Assembly (NCBI GenBank): GCA_002269645.1
Contig: NIVC01002686.1
Location: 85,836-149,835 of the forward strand
Direction: 5' to 3'
Origin: Macrostomum lignano
Lineage: Eukaryota
DNA: 64,000 nucleotides
Positions 21,951 through 34,889 of the stretch are shown here, one piece after another. A model generated the notes under the pieces. The model was not told the DNA's origin, did no database searches, and saw only the letters and a program-made list of their open reading frames with translations. The translations under genes and the position numbers were made by a program. The stretch's first letter is position 1. Each line of letters starts with the position of its first letter.

Positions 21951-22659
21951 TCTATTATTCTATGAACCTATTCTAATTCTATGAACTTTCTATACGGGTT
22001 TTATCCCCGTTATTCGCTATCTATATCCCTAAAGCCAAGGGTACATTGCGGTCAATTTATTATTCTATTATATTATCCTTAAGTCTAATAGTTAGTAATC
22101 TATCTTGTAGATCAATTATATATATATCGTTCGAAATGTAGCATTTGTAGCTGGGCCCAATACTTTCCTTTTATAATTTTTTATTATTTGAAATCTTCAA
22201 TTAAAAGCAAAGGAAGGTGATTTGGCTCAGGCCATTAGGCATATCCGCGCGTATGTCTGTCCTGTGCAGGAATTCATAGGCTTTCATTCATATTCGCTTA
22301 ATTATTATTGCTAATAGCTTTTATTGTTATTATGATTTCTTTTCTGTCGCTGCCGGGTCCACTAGCTTCTATACTCAGTTGACAGTCTTAATTAGCAATA
22401 TGTTATACAATACTTACTATAATAGACTCTGGCAACGTTTACTACTCTACAAGATCAATATGTGCTTCTAATTTGTAGAAAAATACATACAACACATAAC
22501 CCGTTGATTCTATTATTCAGGTTGTTAACTGAACTTTCAGATTTTATTTTTCTAGCTGATAGTCCAGAATGCTTAATTGGTTAGTCTATTAACTAGTAAT
22601 TATAGTAATTATTGTGCTTCTTGGTCTACGACAATTGACTGCCGGCCCTAGACCCAAAT

Positions 22660-22950
22660 TACCGTAACCTAAACTCTAACCCTCTCCTAAGCCCTACCGT
22701 AACCTAAAATCTAACGCTCTCCTAAACCCTACCGTAACATAAACTCATAAACCCTACCCTAATCTAAACTCTAACCCTCGATCACATGAACCCTTCTTTA
22801 ACCTAAACTCTAACCCCCACTTAAGCCCTAACGTAACGTAAACCCTAGTTTAAACCCTAAACCCTACCATGATCTAAACCCTAACCCTCACTTAAAGCCT
22901 ACCCTATCCTAACCTAAACCCTAACCCTCATTTAACCCTACCATAACCTA
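22660..22950. repeat. Degenerate (TAACCC)/(TAAACCC)-like tract
   Basis: Repeated ccctaaccct/aaaccctaaaccct motifs. Confidence 0.65.
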
Positions 22951-23164
22951 AATCGTTGGCAGCTAATTCTATGTTTCATGTTCCTTACGCTTTTACGTTG
23001 TAAAATTTCGATTTTGTGAACCGAGTTGATTTCAAATACTACTTGATTTACACCGTTTTAAGTAGTTTAAGTAGAATATCGAATTCCAAATCTAGGCCGC
23101 TTATTTTTCTGTCCTAAAATGATTGATGCATTGCAGTAGCAAGAAAAGCGTCAACCAATAGCAG

Positions 23165-26100
23165 ATGGCTTTCGCCTCGGCCAATCAGAAGTCGCCTGGC
23201 TACAGCCAGCCAGCCAATAGCGGCGAGGCAGTTTCGCCGATACGCGCCCTAGCCAATAAAGGCGAGAATGCCAGCTGCGCAGAGTGCGGCGCCAGGCCAA
23301 CTAGCGTAGTCGGCCTGGAGACTGGCGGCACCTTCGCTTGCGTAGCCTGCGCCGCCGTCTACAGGTGACCTTCGTGAGCGGGTGTCCACTGGAATCTAAT
23401 AACAAGATCTGGGTGTCCACTGGTATCTAATGACAAGATCTGGGTGTCCGCTGGTATCTAATGACAAGATCTGGGTGTCCACTGGTATCTAATGACAAGA
23501 TCTGGGTGTCCACTGGTATCTAATGACAAGATCTGGGTGTCCACTGGTATCTAATGACAAGATCTGGGTGTCCGCTGGTATCTAATGACAAGATCTGGGT
23601 GTCCACTGGTATCTAATGACAAGATCTGGGTGTCCACTAGAATAGCCAATAGCAATACTCGGTCTAAAAGGGGAATTAGACTGGGTTCCCCAATTTAAAA
23701 TCCCTAAACAATGTCCGCACAATTCCACAGGCGGCTAGGATTCCGCACCAGATCGGTTGACCGGGACTCCTGGCAGCCGGCCGAGCTGGCTAGCCTTCTG
23801 GGCAATCTGGCGGTGGCCCAGGAGCTCGAGCGCAACCTGCCGGCCTTTTATCGCCGGCCGAAACCGCACGCAGTCGGTGAGGCTGACGCCATCCGGCACC
23901 AGTTCGTGCTGGCCAAGTACAGGCGCAGGGAGTTCTGTGACCCCGCACTGCAGGCCGCCTACCATCGGATGGGCGGCGGCGGCGGCTTCACCAAGGAGGG
24001 CCAACTGTGGAAACGGTCGAAAGATTCGGACAAGTACTTTTCCAGAATTTTTGAACTGTCCGAGAGGGATAATTATCTGCGGTACTTTGTGAAGGACGGC
24101 AGCGCTAGGGAGGTCAAGGCCACCATTCCCATTGATAGGGTGAGTTGGGCCACTGTGGGATGGGCTTTGTTGGTCCGTGTGTCATTGCTGACCTGTCCTT
24201 GTGTGTCATTGCCGACCTGTCCTTGTGTGTCTTTGCCGACCTGTCCTTGTGTGTCTTTGCTGACCTGTCCTTGTGTGTCTTTGCTGACCTGTCCTTGTGT
24301 GTCTTTGCTGACCTGTCCTTGTGTGTCTTTGCTGACCTGTCCTTGTGTGTCATTGCCGACCTGTCCTTCAGTGTCTGCTGACCTGTCCTTGTGTGTCATT
24401 GCCGACCTGTCCTTCAGTGTCTGCTGACCTGTCCTTGTGTGTCATTGCCGACCTGTCCTTGTGTGTCTTTGCCGACCTGTCCTTCAGTGTCTGCTGACCT
24501 GTCCTTGTGTGTCTTTGCTGACCTGTCCTTGTGTGTCATTGCTGACCTGTCCATGTGTTTTTGCTGACCTGTCTTTGTGTGTCATTGCCGACCTGTCCTT
24601 GTGTGTCATTGCCGACCTGTCCTTGTGTGTCTTTGCCGACCTGTCCTTCAGTGTCTGCTGACCTGTCCTTGTGTGTCTTTGCTGACCTGTCCTTGTGTGT
24701 CATTGCTGACCTGTCCATGTGTTTTTGCTGACCTGTCCTTGTGTGTCTTTGCTGACCTGTCCTTGTGTGTCTTTGCTGACCTGTCCTTGTGTGTCATTGC
24801 TGACCTGTCCTTGTGTGTCTTTGCCGACCTGTCCTTGTGTGTCATTGCCGACCTGTCCTTGTGTGTCATTGCCGACCTGTCCTTGTGTGTCATTGCTGAC
24901 CTGTCCATGTGTTTTTGCTGACCTGTCCTTGTGTGTCATTGCCGACCTGTCCTTGTGTGTCATTGCCGACCTGTCCTTGTGTGTCATTGCCGACCTGTCC
25001 TTGTGTGTCTTTGCTGACCTGTCCTTGTGTGTCATTGCTGACCTGTCCTTGTGTGTCATTGCCGACCTGTCCTTGTGTGTCATTGCCGACCTGTCCTTGT
25101 GTGTCATTGCCGACCTGTCCTTGTGTGTCATTGCCGACCTGTCCTTGTGTGTCTTTGCCGACCTGTCCTTCAGTGTCTGCTGACCTGTCCTTGTGTGTCT
25201 TTGCTGACCTGTCCTTGTGTGTCATTGCTGACCTGTCCATGTGTTTTTGCTGACCTGTCCTTGTGTGTCATTGCCGACCTGTCCTTGTGTGTCTTTGCTG
25301 ACCTGTCCTTGTGTGTCTTTGCTGACCTGTCCTAGTGTGTCATTGCTGACCTGTCCTTGTGTGTCATTGCCGACCTGTCCTTGTGTGTCATTGCCGACCT
25401 GTCCTTGTGTGTCTTTGCTGACCTGTCCTTGTGTGTCTTTGCTGACCTGTCCTTGTGTGTCATTGCTGACCTGTCCTTGTGTGTCATTGCCGACCTGTCC
25501 TTGTGTGTCATTGCCGACCTGTCCTTGTGTGTCATTGCCGACCTGTCCTTGTGTGTCATTGCCGACCTGTCCTTCAGTGTCTGCTGACCTGTCCTTGTGT
25601 GTCTTTGCTGACCTGTCCTTGTGTGTCTTTGCTGACCTGTCCTAGTGTGTCATTGCTGACCTGTCCTTGTGTGTCTTTGCTGACCTGTCCATGTGTTTTT
25701 GCTGACCTGTCCTTGTGTGTCTTTGCTGACCTGTCCTTCAGTGTCTGCTGACCTGTCCTTGTGTGTCTTTGCTGACCTGTCCTTCAGTGTCTGCTGACCT
25801 GTCCTCGTGTGTCTTTGCTGACCTGTCCATGTGTTTTTGCTGACCTGTCCTTGTGTGTCTTTGCTAACCTGTCCTTCAGTGTCTGCTGACCTGTCCTTGT
25901 GTGTCTTTGCTGACCTGTCCTTCAGTGTCTGCTGACCTGTCCTTGAGTGTCTTTGCTGACCTGTCCTTCAGTGTCTGCTGACCTGTCCTCGTGTGTCTTG
26001 ACTGCCTGTCTTCAAATAATCCTTCGTGTCCTTGATCACCTGTCCGTGATTTCATGGCGTATTTGTGGGCCCCTCTGTGTTTTGCACACCAGCGGCACAG

Positions 26101-26738
26101 ATTTCAATTTCAATTTGCTGCTTTATTTTTTCATGTCACTGTCAGCTGAACGTGACGATGGTTGGCGTCGCCGTGGAGGGCAGCCACCCCAACCTGATGC
26201 AGATCCTGTACCCGGACCAGGGCCGCACTCGCAGCCTGTACGTGTACCATGAACAGGAGCAGGAGATCATCAGCTGGTACAACGCCATCCGCGGCTGCAA
26301 GTACTATCGCTATCGGGTGTCGCTGCTGTCTCCCGAGGAGCTGCTCCGACTGCCGCTAACTTACGACTTCGCCGTGTGCGGCTGGCTGGCCAAGACCGGG
26401 CCAAACCAGACGGAGGCCTGGCAGCGCCGCTGGTGCTTCCTGCTGCGCCGGTCGCTGTTCTACTGCGCCGGCTTCATGGAGCCCCGGCCGAGAGGCGAGA
26501 TCTGGCTGGGACAGCGGCCGGCTTACAGCATCTCGGCTGGGCCCCGCCCGGCTTCAGGAAGAAAGTCAAACCGGCCGGACAGCACGTGTTCACTCTGAGC
26601 ACGCCAGACAGGGACTATGTGTTCTCCGCCGACTCCGCCGCCGCCTGCCAGCAGTGGCTCACCGCCATCGACAACCTGCTGGATTCGTCGCCTACTCCGC
26701 AGGACTGCCTGTACTCGATGACCCGCAGCAACGTCTGA
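23165..26738 (+). CDS. ADAP1: ArfGAP with dual PH domains (centaurin-alpha/ADAP-like), ~400 aa; apparent 1-bp deletion at 26542-26545
   Basis: Exons 23165-23364, 23731-24139, 26146-26738; CX2CX17CX2CX4R ArfGAP finger, AKYRRREF, PH1 KEGQLWK...WYNAIR, PH2 GWLAKTGP...QWLTAI; the last ~65 codons need a frame change. Confidence 0.88.
23379..23640. repeat. 31-bp minisatellite, ADAP intron 1
   Basis: gggtgtccactggtatctaatgacaagatct, ~8 copies. Confidence 0.95.
24175..26000 (-). repeat. 24-bp minisatellite in ADAP intron 2; reverse complement of the 20243-21950 array
   Basis: gtctttgctgacctgtccttgtgt, ~75 copies. Confidence 0.95.
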
Positions 26739-26764
26739 CATCCCAACAGGGACAGGCACAGCAA

Positions 26765-27410
26765 ACAACAAATTAGGGCAGACACAAAAAACAACAACAA
26801 ATTAGGAGAGACACAGCAAAATCAACAACAAATTAGGAGAGACACATAAAAAACAACAACAAATTAGGAGAGACAGCAAAATCAACAACAAATTAGGAGA
26901 GACACATAAAAAACAACAACAAATTAGGAGAGACACATAAAAAACAACAACAAATTAGGAGAGACACATCAAAGCAACAAATTAGGAGAGACACAGCAAA
27001 ATCAACAACAAATTAGGAGAGACACATAAAAACAACAACAAATTAGGAGAGACACATAAAAAACAACAACAAATTAGGAGAGACACAGCAAAATCAACAA
27101 CAAATTAGGAGAGACACATAAAAAACAACAACAAATTAGGAGAGACCACATAAAAAAACAACAAATTAGGAGAGACACATCAAAGCAACAAGTTAGGAGA
27201 GACACAGCAAAATCAACAACAAGTTAGGAGAGACACAGCAAAATCAACAACAAGTTAGGAGAGACACAGCAAAATCAACAACAAGTTAGGAGAGACACAG
27301 CAAAATCAACAACAAGTTAGGAGAGACACAGCAAAATCAACAACAAGTTAGGAGAGACACAGCAAAATCAACAACAAATTAGGGCAGACGCAGCGAAATC
27401 AACACCAAAT
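26765..27410. repeat. ~30-bp A-rich minisatellite
   Basis: caacaacaaattaggagagacaca(g/t)... Confidence 0.9.
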
Positions 27411-27669
27411 TGGGACGGAAATAATCAAAGCAACTACATTTCTGAGTGAAGGCGATAAAATAAATGATGCAGTATTTTATAAACCAAAAATAATCACTTA
27501 AGTTAATGACCACCCAGCATGTGCAGGCATCAGCAGATTGACAATCCTTGATTAGAAGTGTATAAAGATCGCTAAATAAATTATTTTTACTATTAGTAGT
27601 GTGATTCTCCTGTCCCTTTTTATTTTTGTTACTGAAAAGTTTTACAGATTTTATTTTATATCAACTGTA

Positions 27670-28765
27670 TCAATCATATCAATGAGCTGATATCAACCCT
27701 ATCTATCATATCAATGAGCTGATATCAACCCTATCAATCATATCAATGAGCTGATATCAACCCTATCTATCATATCAATGAGCTGATATCAACCCTATCT
27801 ATCATATCAATGAGCTGATATCAACCCTATCTATCACATCAATGAGCTGATATCAACCCTATCTATCACATCAATGAGCTGATATCAACCCTATCTATCA
27901 TATCAATGAGCTGATATCAACCCTATCAATCATATCAATGAGCTGATATCAACCCTATCTATCATATCAATGAGCTGATATCAACCCTATCTATCACATC
28001 AATGAGCTGATATCAACCCTATCTATCACATCAATGAGCTGATATCAACCCTATCTATCATATCAATGAGCTGATATCAACCCTATCTATCATATCAATG
28101 AGCTGATATCAACCCTATCTATCACATCAATGAGCTGATATCAACCCTATCTATCATATCAATGAGCTGATATCAACCCTATCAATCATATCAATGAGCT
28201 GATATCAACCCTATCTATCACATCAATGAGCTGATATCAACCCTATCTATCACATCAATGAGCTGCTATCAACCCTATCAATCATATCAATGAGCTGATA
28301 TCAACCCTATCTATCATATCAATGAGCTGATATCAACCCTATCTATCACATCAATGAGCTGATATCAACCCTATCTATCACATCAATGAGCTGATATCAA
28401 CCCTATCTATCATATCAATGAGCTGATATCAACCCTATCTATCATATCAATGAGCTGATATCAACCCTATCTATCACATCAATGAGCTGATATCAACCCT
28501 ATCTATCATATCAATGAGCTGATATCAACCCTATCAATCATATCAATGAGCTGATATCAACCCTATCTATCACATCAATGAGCTGATATCAACCCTATCT
28601 ATCACATCAATGAGCTGCTATCAACCCTATCAATCATATCAATGAGCTGATATCAACCCTATCTATCACATCAATGAGCTGATATCAACCCTATCTATCA
28701 CATCAATGAGCTGCTATCAACCCTATCTATCACATCAATGAGCTGATATCAACCCTATCAATCAC
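27670..28765. repeat. 32-bp minisatellite
   Basis: catatcaatgagctgatatcaaccctatctat, ~34 copies. Confidence 0.95.
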
Positions 28766-29499
28766 TGTGCAATGATACCCATAGTCGAATCAAGGTGCTT
28801 TCTGACCTGCATGAAGAGTTCTATTTACACACTTTTTAACTCTTTACCCATAGCTGAAGTCAAAATGCCTTCTGCAGTGTATTTTTGCATTAAAAATGTG
28901 CTTACTCGCGAGTCAGCTTTCAATGATATCCCATACTTTTATTAAGGCCTTACTATAAAATTATTATGTAGAATATTTACTAATTAAATTTTCTACAGTG
29001 TGTTATATTTCTGTTTTGATAATTTTTATATATAGATGTTAAATATGGCTGCTCAGTATTATGCACAAAATTGCTATCAAATATTATGCCATATCTTTTG
29101 GATAGAACTCAATATTCACATTATGTATTAACAGTTGCAAATGACACAAACACATCTGCTGAATCTCTTTAATTGATTTGTGCAGTTTATAGTCATCAGT
29201 GGCTGCTTACATATTTTTATTAGTTTTTGCAATATAACAGCTTTTTTATATAAGCTTTTTGAATTTTATTAATATTTTAATAACAATAATGCGATTCACT
29301 AACAATAAGTTTTTCGCCGCATTTCCACTGGCTTCAATAGCTTGATTAAAGCTTGGAATTTGTACCGGGTTTCGCTTCAGTGTTGCTTTGGCGCTGCAAT
29401 TTGTATTGCTGTTTTATATAAATATTTCTGTACGTATTACATTAAGCTTGCTTGAGTCTTAACTGCCTTGTTCTCATTATTTTATCTCCCTACCGAAGC

Positions 29500-30395
29500 A
29501 CACAGCATCTCACACCTCAGACACAGGCACCCAGCATCTCACACCTCAGACACTGAGGCACCCAGCATCTCACACCCCAAACACACAGCACACAGCACCC
29601 AGCATCTCACACCTCAGACACTGAGGCACCCAGCATCTCACACCTCAGACACTGAGGCACCCAGAATCTCACACCTCAGACACTGAGGCACCCAGAATCT
29701 CACACCTCAGACACTGAGGCACCCAGAATCTCACACCTCAGACACTGAGGCACCCAGAATCTCACACCTCAGACACTGAGGCACCCAGAATCTCACACCT
29801 CAGACACTGAGGCACCCAGAATCTCACACCTCAGACACTGAGGCACCCAGCATCTCACACCTCAGACACTGAGGCACCCAGCATCTCACACCTCAGACAC
29901 TGAGGCACCCAGCATCTCACACCTCAGACACACAGCACCCAGCATCTCGCACCCCAGACACACAGCACCCAGCATCTCGCATCCCAGACACACAGCACAC
30001 AGCATCTCGCATCCCAGACACACAGCACCCAGCATCTCGCACCCCAGACACACAGCACCCAGCATCTCGCATCCCAGACACACAGCACACAGCATCTCGC
30101 ATCCCAGACACACAGCACACAGCACCTCGCATCCCAGACACACAGCACACAGCACCCAGCATCTCGCATCCCAGACACACAGCACACAGCACACAGCACC
30201 TCGCATCCCAGACACACAGCACACAGCACCCAGCATCTCGCATCCCAGACACACAGCACACAGCACCCAGCATCTCGCATCCCAGACACACAGCACACAG
30301 CACCCAGCATCTCGCATCCCAGACACACAGCACCCAGCATCTCGCACCCCAGACACACAGCACCCAGCATCTCGCACCCCAGACACACAGCACCC
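29500..30395. repeat. 30/31-bp minisatellite with 7-bp cacagca sub-expansions
   Basis: cacacctcagacactgaggcacccag(a/c)atct grading into cagcatctcgcatcccagacacacagcacc. Confidence 0.9.
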
Positions 30396-30576
30396 ACGCT
30401 AGCCCACATGTTTCCAATAAAACGCTGCATTCACTGAAAATGGTCAGTAAATCCATTTTACAACCACTAAATTTTCAGTGCTGAAATTTTCTCCGAGTGA
30501 CCTTGTTTGTCAGCCGCTTCACCCTGCCTGGCTGAGGTGATTTTTTTACTACTCTGCATTGTGACCGCTACCGACT

Positions 30577-33301
30577 ATGAGGTGTGTGTGTTTCTTTATG
30601 AGTTAATCAGCGCCCGGCCCACACCGCAGTCTCCAACCCGCCTGCCACCCCCCCCCCCCAGTGTGCGCCTGGCCCACACAGCAGTCTCCAACCCGCCTGC
30701 CACCCCCCCAGTGTGCGCCCGGCCCACACCGCAGTCTCCAACCCGCCTGCCACCCCCCAGTGTACGCCTGGCCCACACCGCAGTCTCCAACCCGCCTGCC
30801 ACCCCCTCCCCAGTGTGCGCCTGGCCCACACCGCAGTCTCCAACCCGCCTGCCACCCCCCCCCAGTGTGCGCCCGGCCCACACAGCAGTCTCCAACCCGC
30901 CTGCCACCCCCCAGTGTGCGCCCGGCCCACACCGCAGTCTCCAACCCGCCTGCCACCCCCCCCCCAGTGTGCGCCTGGCCCACACCGCAGTCTCCAACCC
31001 GCCTGCCACCCCCCAGTGTGCGCCTGGCCCACACCGCAGTCTCCAACCCGCGCCTGGCCGCGCAGCCGCCGCTGCTCGTCCTGCACGGCCTGTTCGGCAT
31101 GGCCCGCAACTGGCGCTCTGTGGCCAAATCTCTGGCCAGAAATCATTCGCCAATAATTTGCGCCGATCTGCGTAACCATGGCGACAGTCCGCATCATCAG
31201 GATATGAGCATGGCGGCTATGGTTGGCGATGTCAGGCAGTTTATTGAGCAGCAGCTGGATGCCACGCCTGTGCACCTGCTTGGCCACAGCTTGGGCGGCA
31301 AGGTGGCCATGAGGACTGCGCTGCTGCATGTGAGCTGTGGGAGTGTTAGAGAGGGGCAGGCAGGGATCAGGGGTGGAGAGAGATAAAAGTAGCCAAGAGT
31401 TAGAATCTAATGGGAGGGTGAGACCAGATTGGAGTCAAGCTGAGATCAGATTGGAGCCAGGGTAATATCAACTTGGAGTCTCGGTGAGATCAGTTTTGAG
31501 TCAGGGTGAGATCAGATTGGAGTCAGGATGAGATCAGATTGGAGTCAAGCTGAGATCAGATTGGAGTCAGGGTGAGATCAGATTGGAGTCAGGGTGAGAT
31601 CAGATTGGAGTCAGGGTGAGATCAGATTGGAGTCAGGGTGAGATCAGATTAGAGTCAGGGTAATATCAACTTGGAGTCTCGGTGAGATCAGTTTTGAGTC
31701 AGGCTGAGATCAGATTGGAGTCAGGGTGAGATCAGATTGGAGTCAGGGTGAGATCAGATTGGAGTCAGGGTGAGATCAGATTGGAGTCAGGCTGAGATCA
31801 GATTGGAGTCAGGCTGAGATCAGATTGGAGTCAGGGTGAGATCAGATTGGAGTCAGGGTGAGATCAGATTGGAGTCAGGGTGAGATCAGATTAGAGTCAG
31901 GGTAATATCAACTTGGAGTCTCGGTGAGATCAGTTTTGAGTCATGCTGAGATCAGATTGGAGTCAGGGTGAGATCAGATTGGAGTCAGGCTGAGATCAGA
32001 TTGGAGTCAGGCTGAGATCAGATTGGAGTCAGGCTGAGATCAGATTGGAGTCAGGCTGAGATCAGATTGGAGTCAGGCTGAGATCAGATTGGAGTCAGGG
32101 TGAGATCAGATTGGAGCCAGGGTGAGATCAGATTGGAGTCAGGGTGAGATCAGATTAGAGTCAGGGTAATATCAACTTGGAGTCTCGGTGAGATCAGTTT
32201 TGAGTCATGCTGAGATCAGATTGGAGTCAGGGTGAGATCAGATTGGAGTCAGGCTGAGATCAGATTGGAGTCAGGCTGAGATCAGATTGGAGTCAGGCTG
32301 AGATCAGATTGGAGTCAGGCTGAGATCAGATTGGAGTCAGGCTGAGATCAGATTGGAGTCAGGCTGAGATCAGATTGGAGTCAAGCTGAGATCAGATTGG
32401 AGTCAGGGTAAGATCAGATTAGAGTCAGGGTGAGATCAGACGGGAATCTAATATCAGACTATTCCCTGCCTGCCGCAGCCGCAGCTGGTGCGGTCGCTAA
32501 TTGTTGTGGACGCCTCGCCGCAGCCCAGCGGCTCCAAGCCGGGCTGGTTTCGCAGCATCATGGAGCTGATGCTCAGCCTGGACCTGAGCCGGCCGCCTGA
32601 CCCGTCTTTGGCCGGCACTAAGAAGGCCTATTCTGAGTTTCTGGCCGCCGAAGTGCCTGTAAGATATTTGCATTGTATTAGCTGGGTAAACAGCGAGTGT
32701 CACTATGACTGTATTATAAATTACAAATGCTTCGTCATCTTATTAGTCTTTCCAGTATCACAAAAGTACACTGTTGCTTAAAACTTATCAATTTCAGGAG
32801 AAGGCGATCCGAGAATTCCTACTCACCAACCTGATGGAGGAGCCAGATTGTCCGGGCAAGTTCAGGTGGCGAATCAATCTGCCAGCTTTGCTGACTCATA
32901 TTGAGGAGCTGATGGGCTGCGAGTTGAACAGCTGCCAGGCTGTTTACGACGGACCAACCGTTTTTATTGGCGGCTCAAAGTCACCCTACATTGAGTGAGT
33001 GCTGCTAATAGATAGCGCTGGCAATTAGCCTGAAAATAAGCTATCGCTGACAGTTAGCTATCGCTGACAATTAGCTATCGCTGACAATTAGCCATCGCTG
33101 ACAATTGGCTATCGCTGACATCCCCCACTCTGCAGCCCCAAGGACGCCAGCATTCAGCGCCTGTTCCCCCGCTCTGAAATTGTATTCGTGGAGGGCGCCG
33201 GCCACTGGGTGCACGCGGACCGGCCTGTTGAGTTCTGCTCAAAGGTGACTCAATTTCTGAGAAACTGCGCTCAGACTGCGGCAGCGCCCGGTGGCTCTTG
33301 A
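30577..33301 (+). CDS. ABHD11: Alpha/beta hydrolase ABHD11-like esterase
   Basis: Exons 30577-30581 (ATGAG, tentative), 31017-31329, 32479-32658, 32798-32994, 33136-33301; VLHGLFG, DLRNHGDS, GHSLGGK nucleophile elbow, VVDASP, FLLTNL, GAGHWVHAD. Confidence 0.9.
30608..31050. repeat. ~50-bp minisatellite made of the ABHD11 3' splice site plus exon start
   Basis: 8 copies of ...ccaccccccag|tgtgcgcctggcccacaccgcagtctccaacccg; the last copy is the coding exon. Confidence 0.92.
31425..32440. repeat. 22-bp minisatellite, ABHD11 intron
   Basis: gagatcagattggagtcagg(g/c)t, with a recurring variant block. Confidence 0.95.
33040..33120. repeat. 17-bp mini-array, ABHD11 last intron
   Basis: ttagctatcgctgacaa, ~5 copies. 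Confidence 0.85.
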
Positions 33302-33804
33302 TGTTTGATCCTTGTCTTGGCAGATAGCAAGTGATTCCCTACAGTAGTCTTTTAGTTCTGAATTTTGCTAAGTTGGCACAATACTCAGTAAGGCTTGGTC
33401 GCAGATATTTTTTCAGCATTTGAAGTAGAAAATTTGATCTCATTGTAGAGGTCTATCTCGAGTCTATCCCGCAGATCCCATCCAGGTCAAACAGTATTTT
33501 TGTTACTCAACATCTTTTTGTTCAGAGAATTCGTATATCCATTTCAAGCCTGTAATGCGCCGCCTTCAATTCCCGTACCAAATTGGAATGAATTTTAAGA
33601 TTCCTACATTCAAATATATGCTTTCATGTGTTAGATAAGTGTTAACAAATAATGTTCAGGCACGCGCCTTTGTGTCTTTTTAATGGTTTATGGAGACTGC
33701 AATCTTTAAATTCCTAAAGCGGGGTTCGAAAGGTTAACCTTGCAAATAAGCTCAAAGCCTAATTACAAGTTCAAAGTTCACAAGCTCTGCGTTCTGACTC
33801 CAAG

Positions 33805-34345
33805 ATCTTCATGAGTAGGCAGGCTCACAAGATGAGATCAAAGCTCTTCATGAGTAGGCAGGCTCATAAGATGAGATCAAAGCTCTTCATGAGTAGGCAG
33901 GCTCACAAGATGAGATCAAAGCTCTTCATGAGTAGGCAGGCTCACAAGATGAGATCAAAGCTCTTCATGAGTAGGCAGGCTCATAAGATGAGATCAAAGC
34001 TCTTCATGAGTAGGCAGGCTCACAAGATGAGATCAAAGCTCTTCATGAGTAGGCAGGCTCACAAGATGAGATCAAAGCTCTTTACGAGTAGGCAGGCTCA
34101 CAAGATGAGATCAAAGCTCTTCATGAGTAGGCAGGCTCACAAGATGAGATCAAAGCTCTTCATGAGTAGGCAGGCTCACAAGATGAGATCAAAGCTCTTC
34201 GTGAGTGGGCAGGCTCATAAGATGAGATCAAAGATCTTCATGAGTAGGCAGGCTCATAAGATGAGATCAAAGATCTTCATGAGTAGGCAGGCTCATAAGA
34301 TGAGATCAAAGATCTTCATGAGTCGTCGACAGGCTCCTAAGATAT
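33805..34345. repeat. 39-bp minisatellite
   Basis: ctcttcatgagtaggcaggctcacaagatgagatcaaag, ~13 copies. Confidence 0.95.
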
Positions 34346-34889
34346 AGCTGGATAGCAACCAAGCAGATCTATGCACATTCCAAAACGATTATCTGAGAAT
34401 CTGATGTAGTAATCCTTGGTTGCTAACGCTCATTAATCCGGTACTCGTATTCTCACTCCTATTCGTGCAAGGGAAGCGAGCCGTTCTTTTAAGTCTCGTA
34501 TGATGAAGCTTGCAATAATCCATAGGCATTAAGTTGATCCGCATCTGCAGCATCAAGTTGATCCGGGATCCTATGCGGCCTTCACCTTACCAGAGGCGAA
34601 TAGTTAACTGTCACTTATTAGATTAGCTTATTTTTGGGTACACAAAATTCCAAAATTTTTCACTCAAATTTTCGACAAACAGGAGCAGTTTGCGCACAGA
34701 TCGGGTCGTGTTTGCTTCTTGCGCATGCACTGCTTTGTGACATAAAAGAGATCAGAAACTTGATAATTCGGCCGCCTGGAGACAAAGGGAATAATCGTGC
34801 TGCACTGGGCGGTTTTGTCACGACTCCACTGGGGATTAACTAAATAGTAACTAGAGATCTGGTGCTATCGTTCTTGCTAAATTGCATGC

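Noticed and set aside
27670-28765. CRISPR-like regular repeats (any of the 24-40-bp arrays)
   Set aside because: Head-to-tail units without unique spacers, no cas genes, eukaryotic context
33700-33745. GGTTCGAA B-box suggesting a tRNA or SINE
   Set aside because: No A-box or cloverleaf pairing visible
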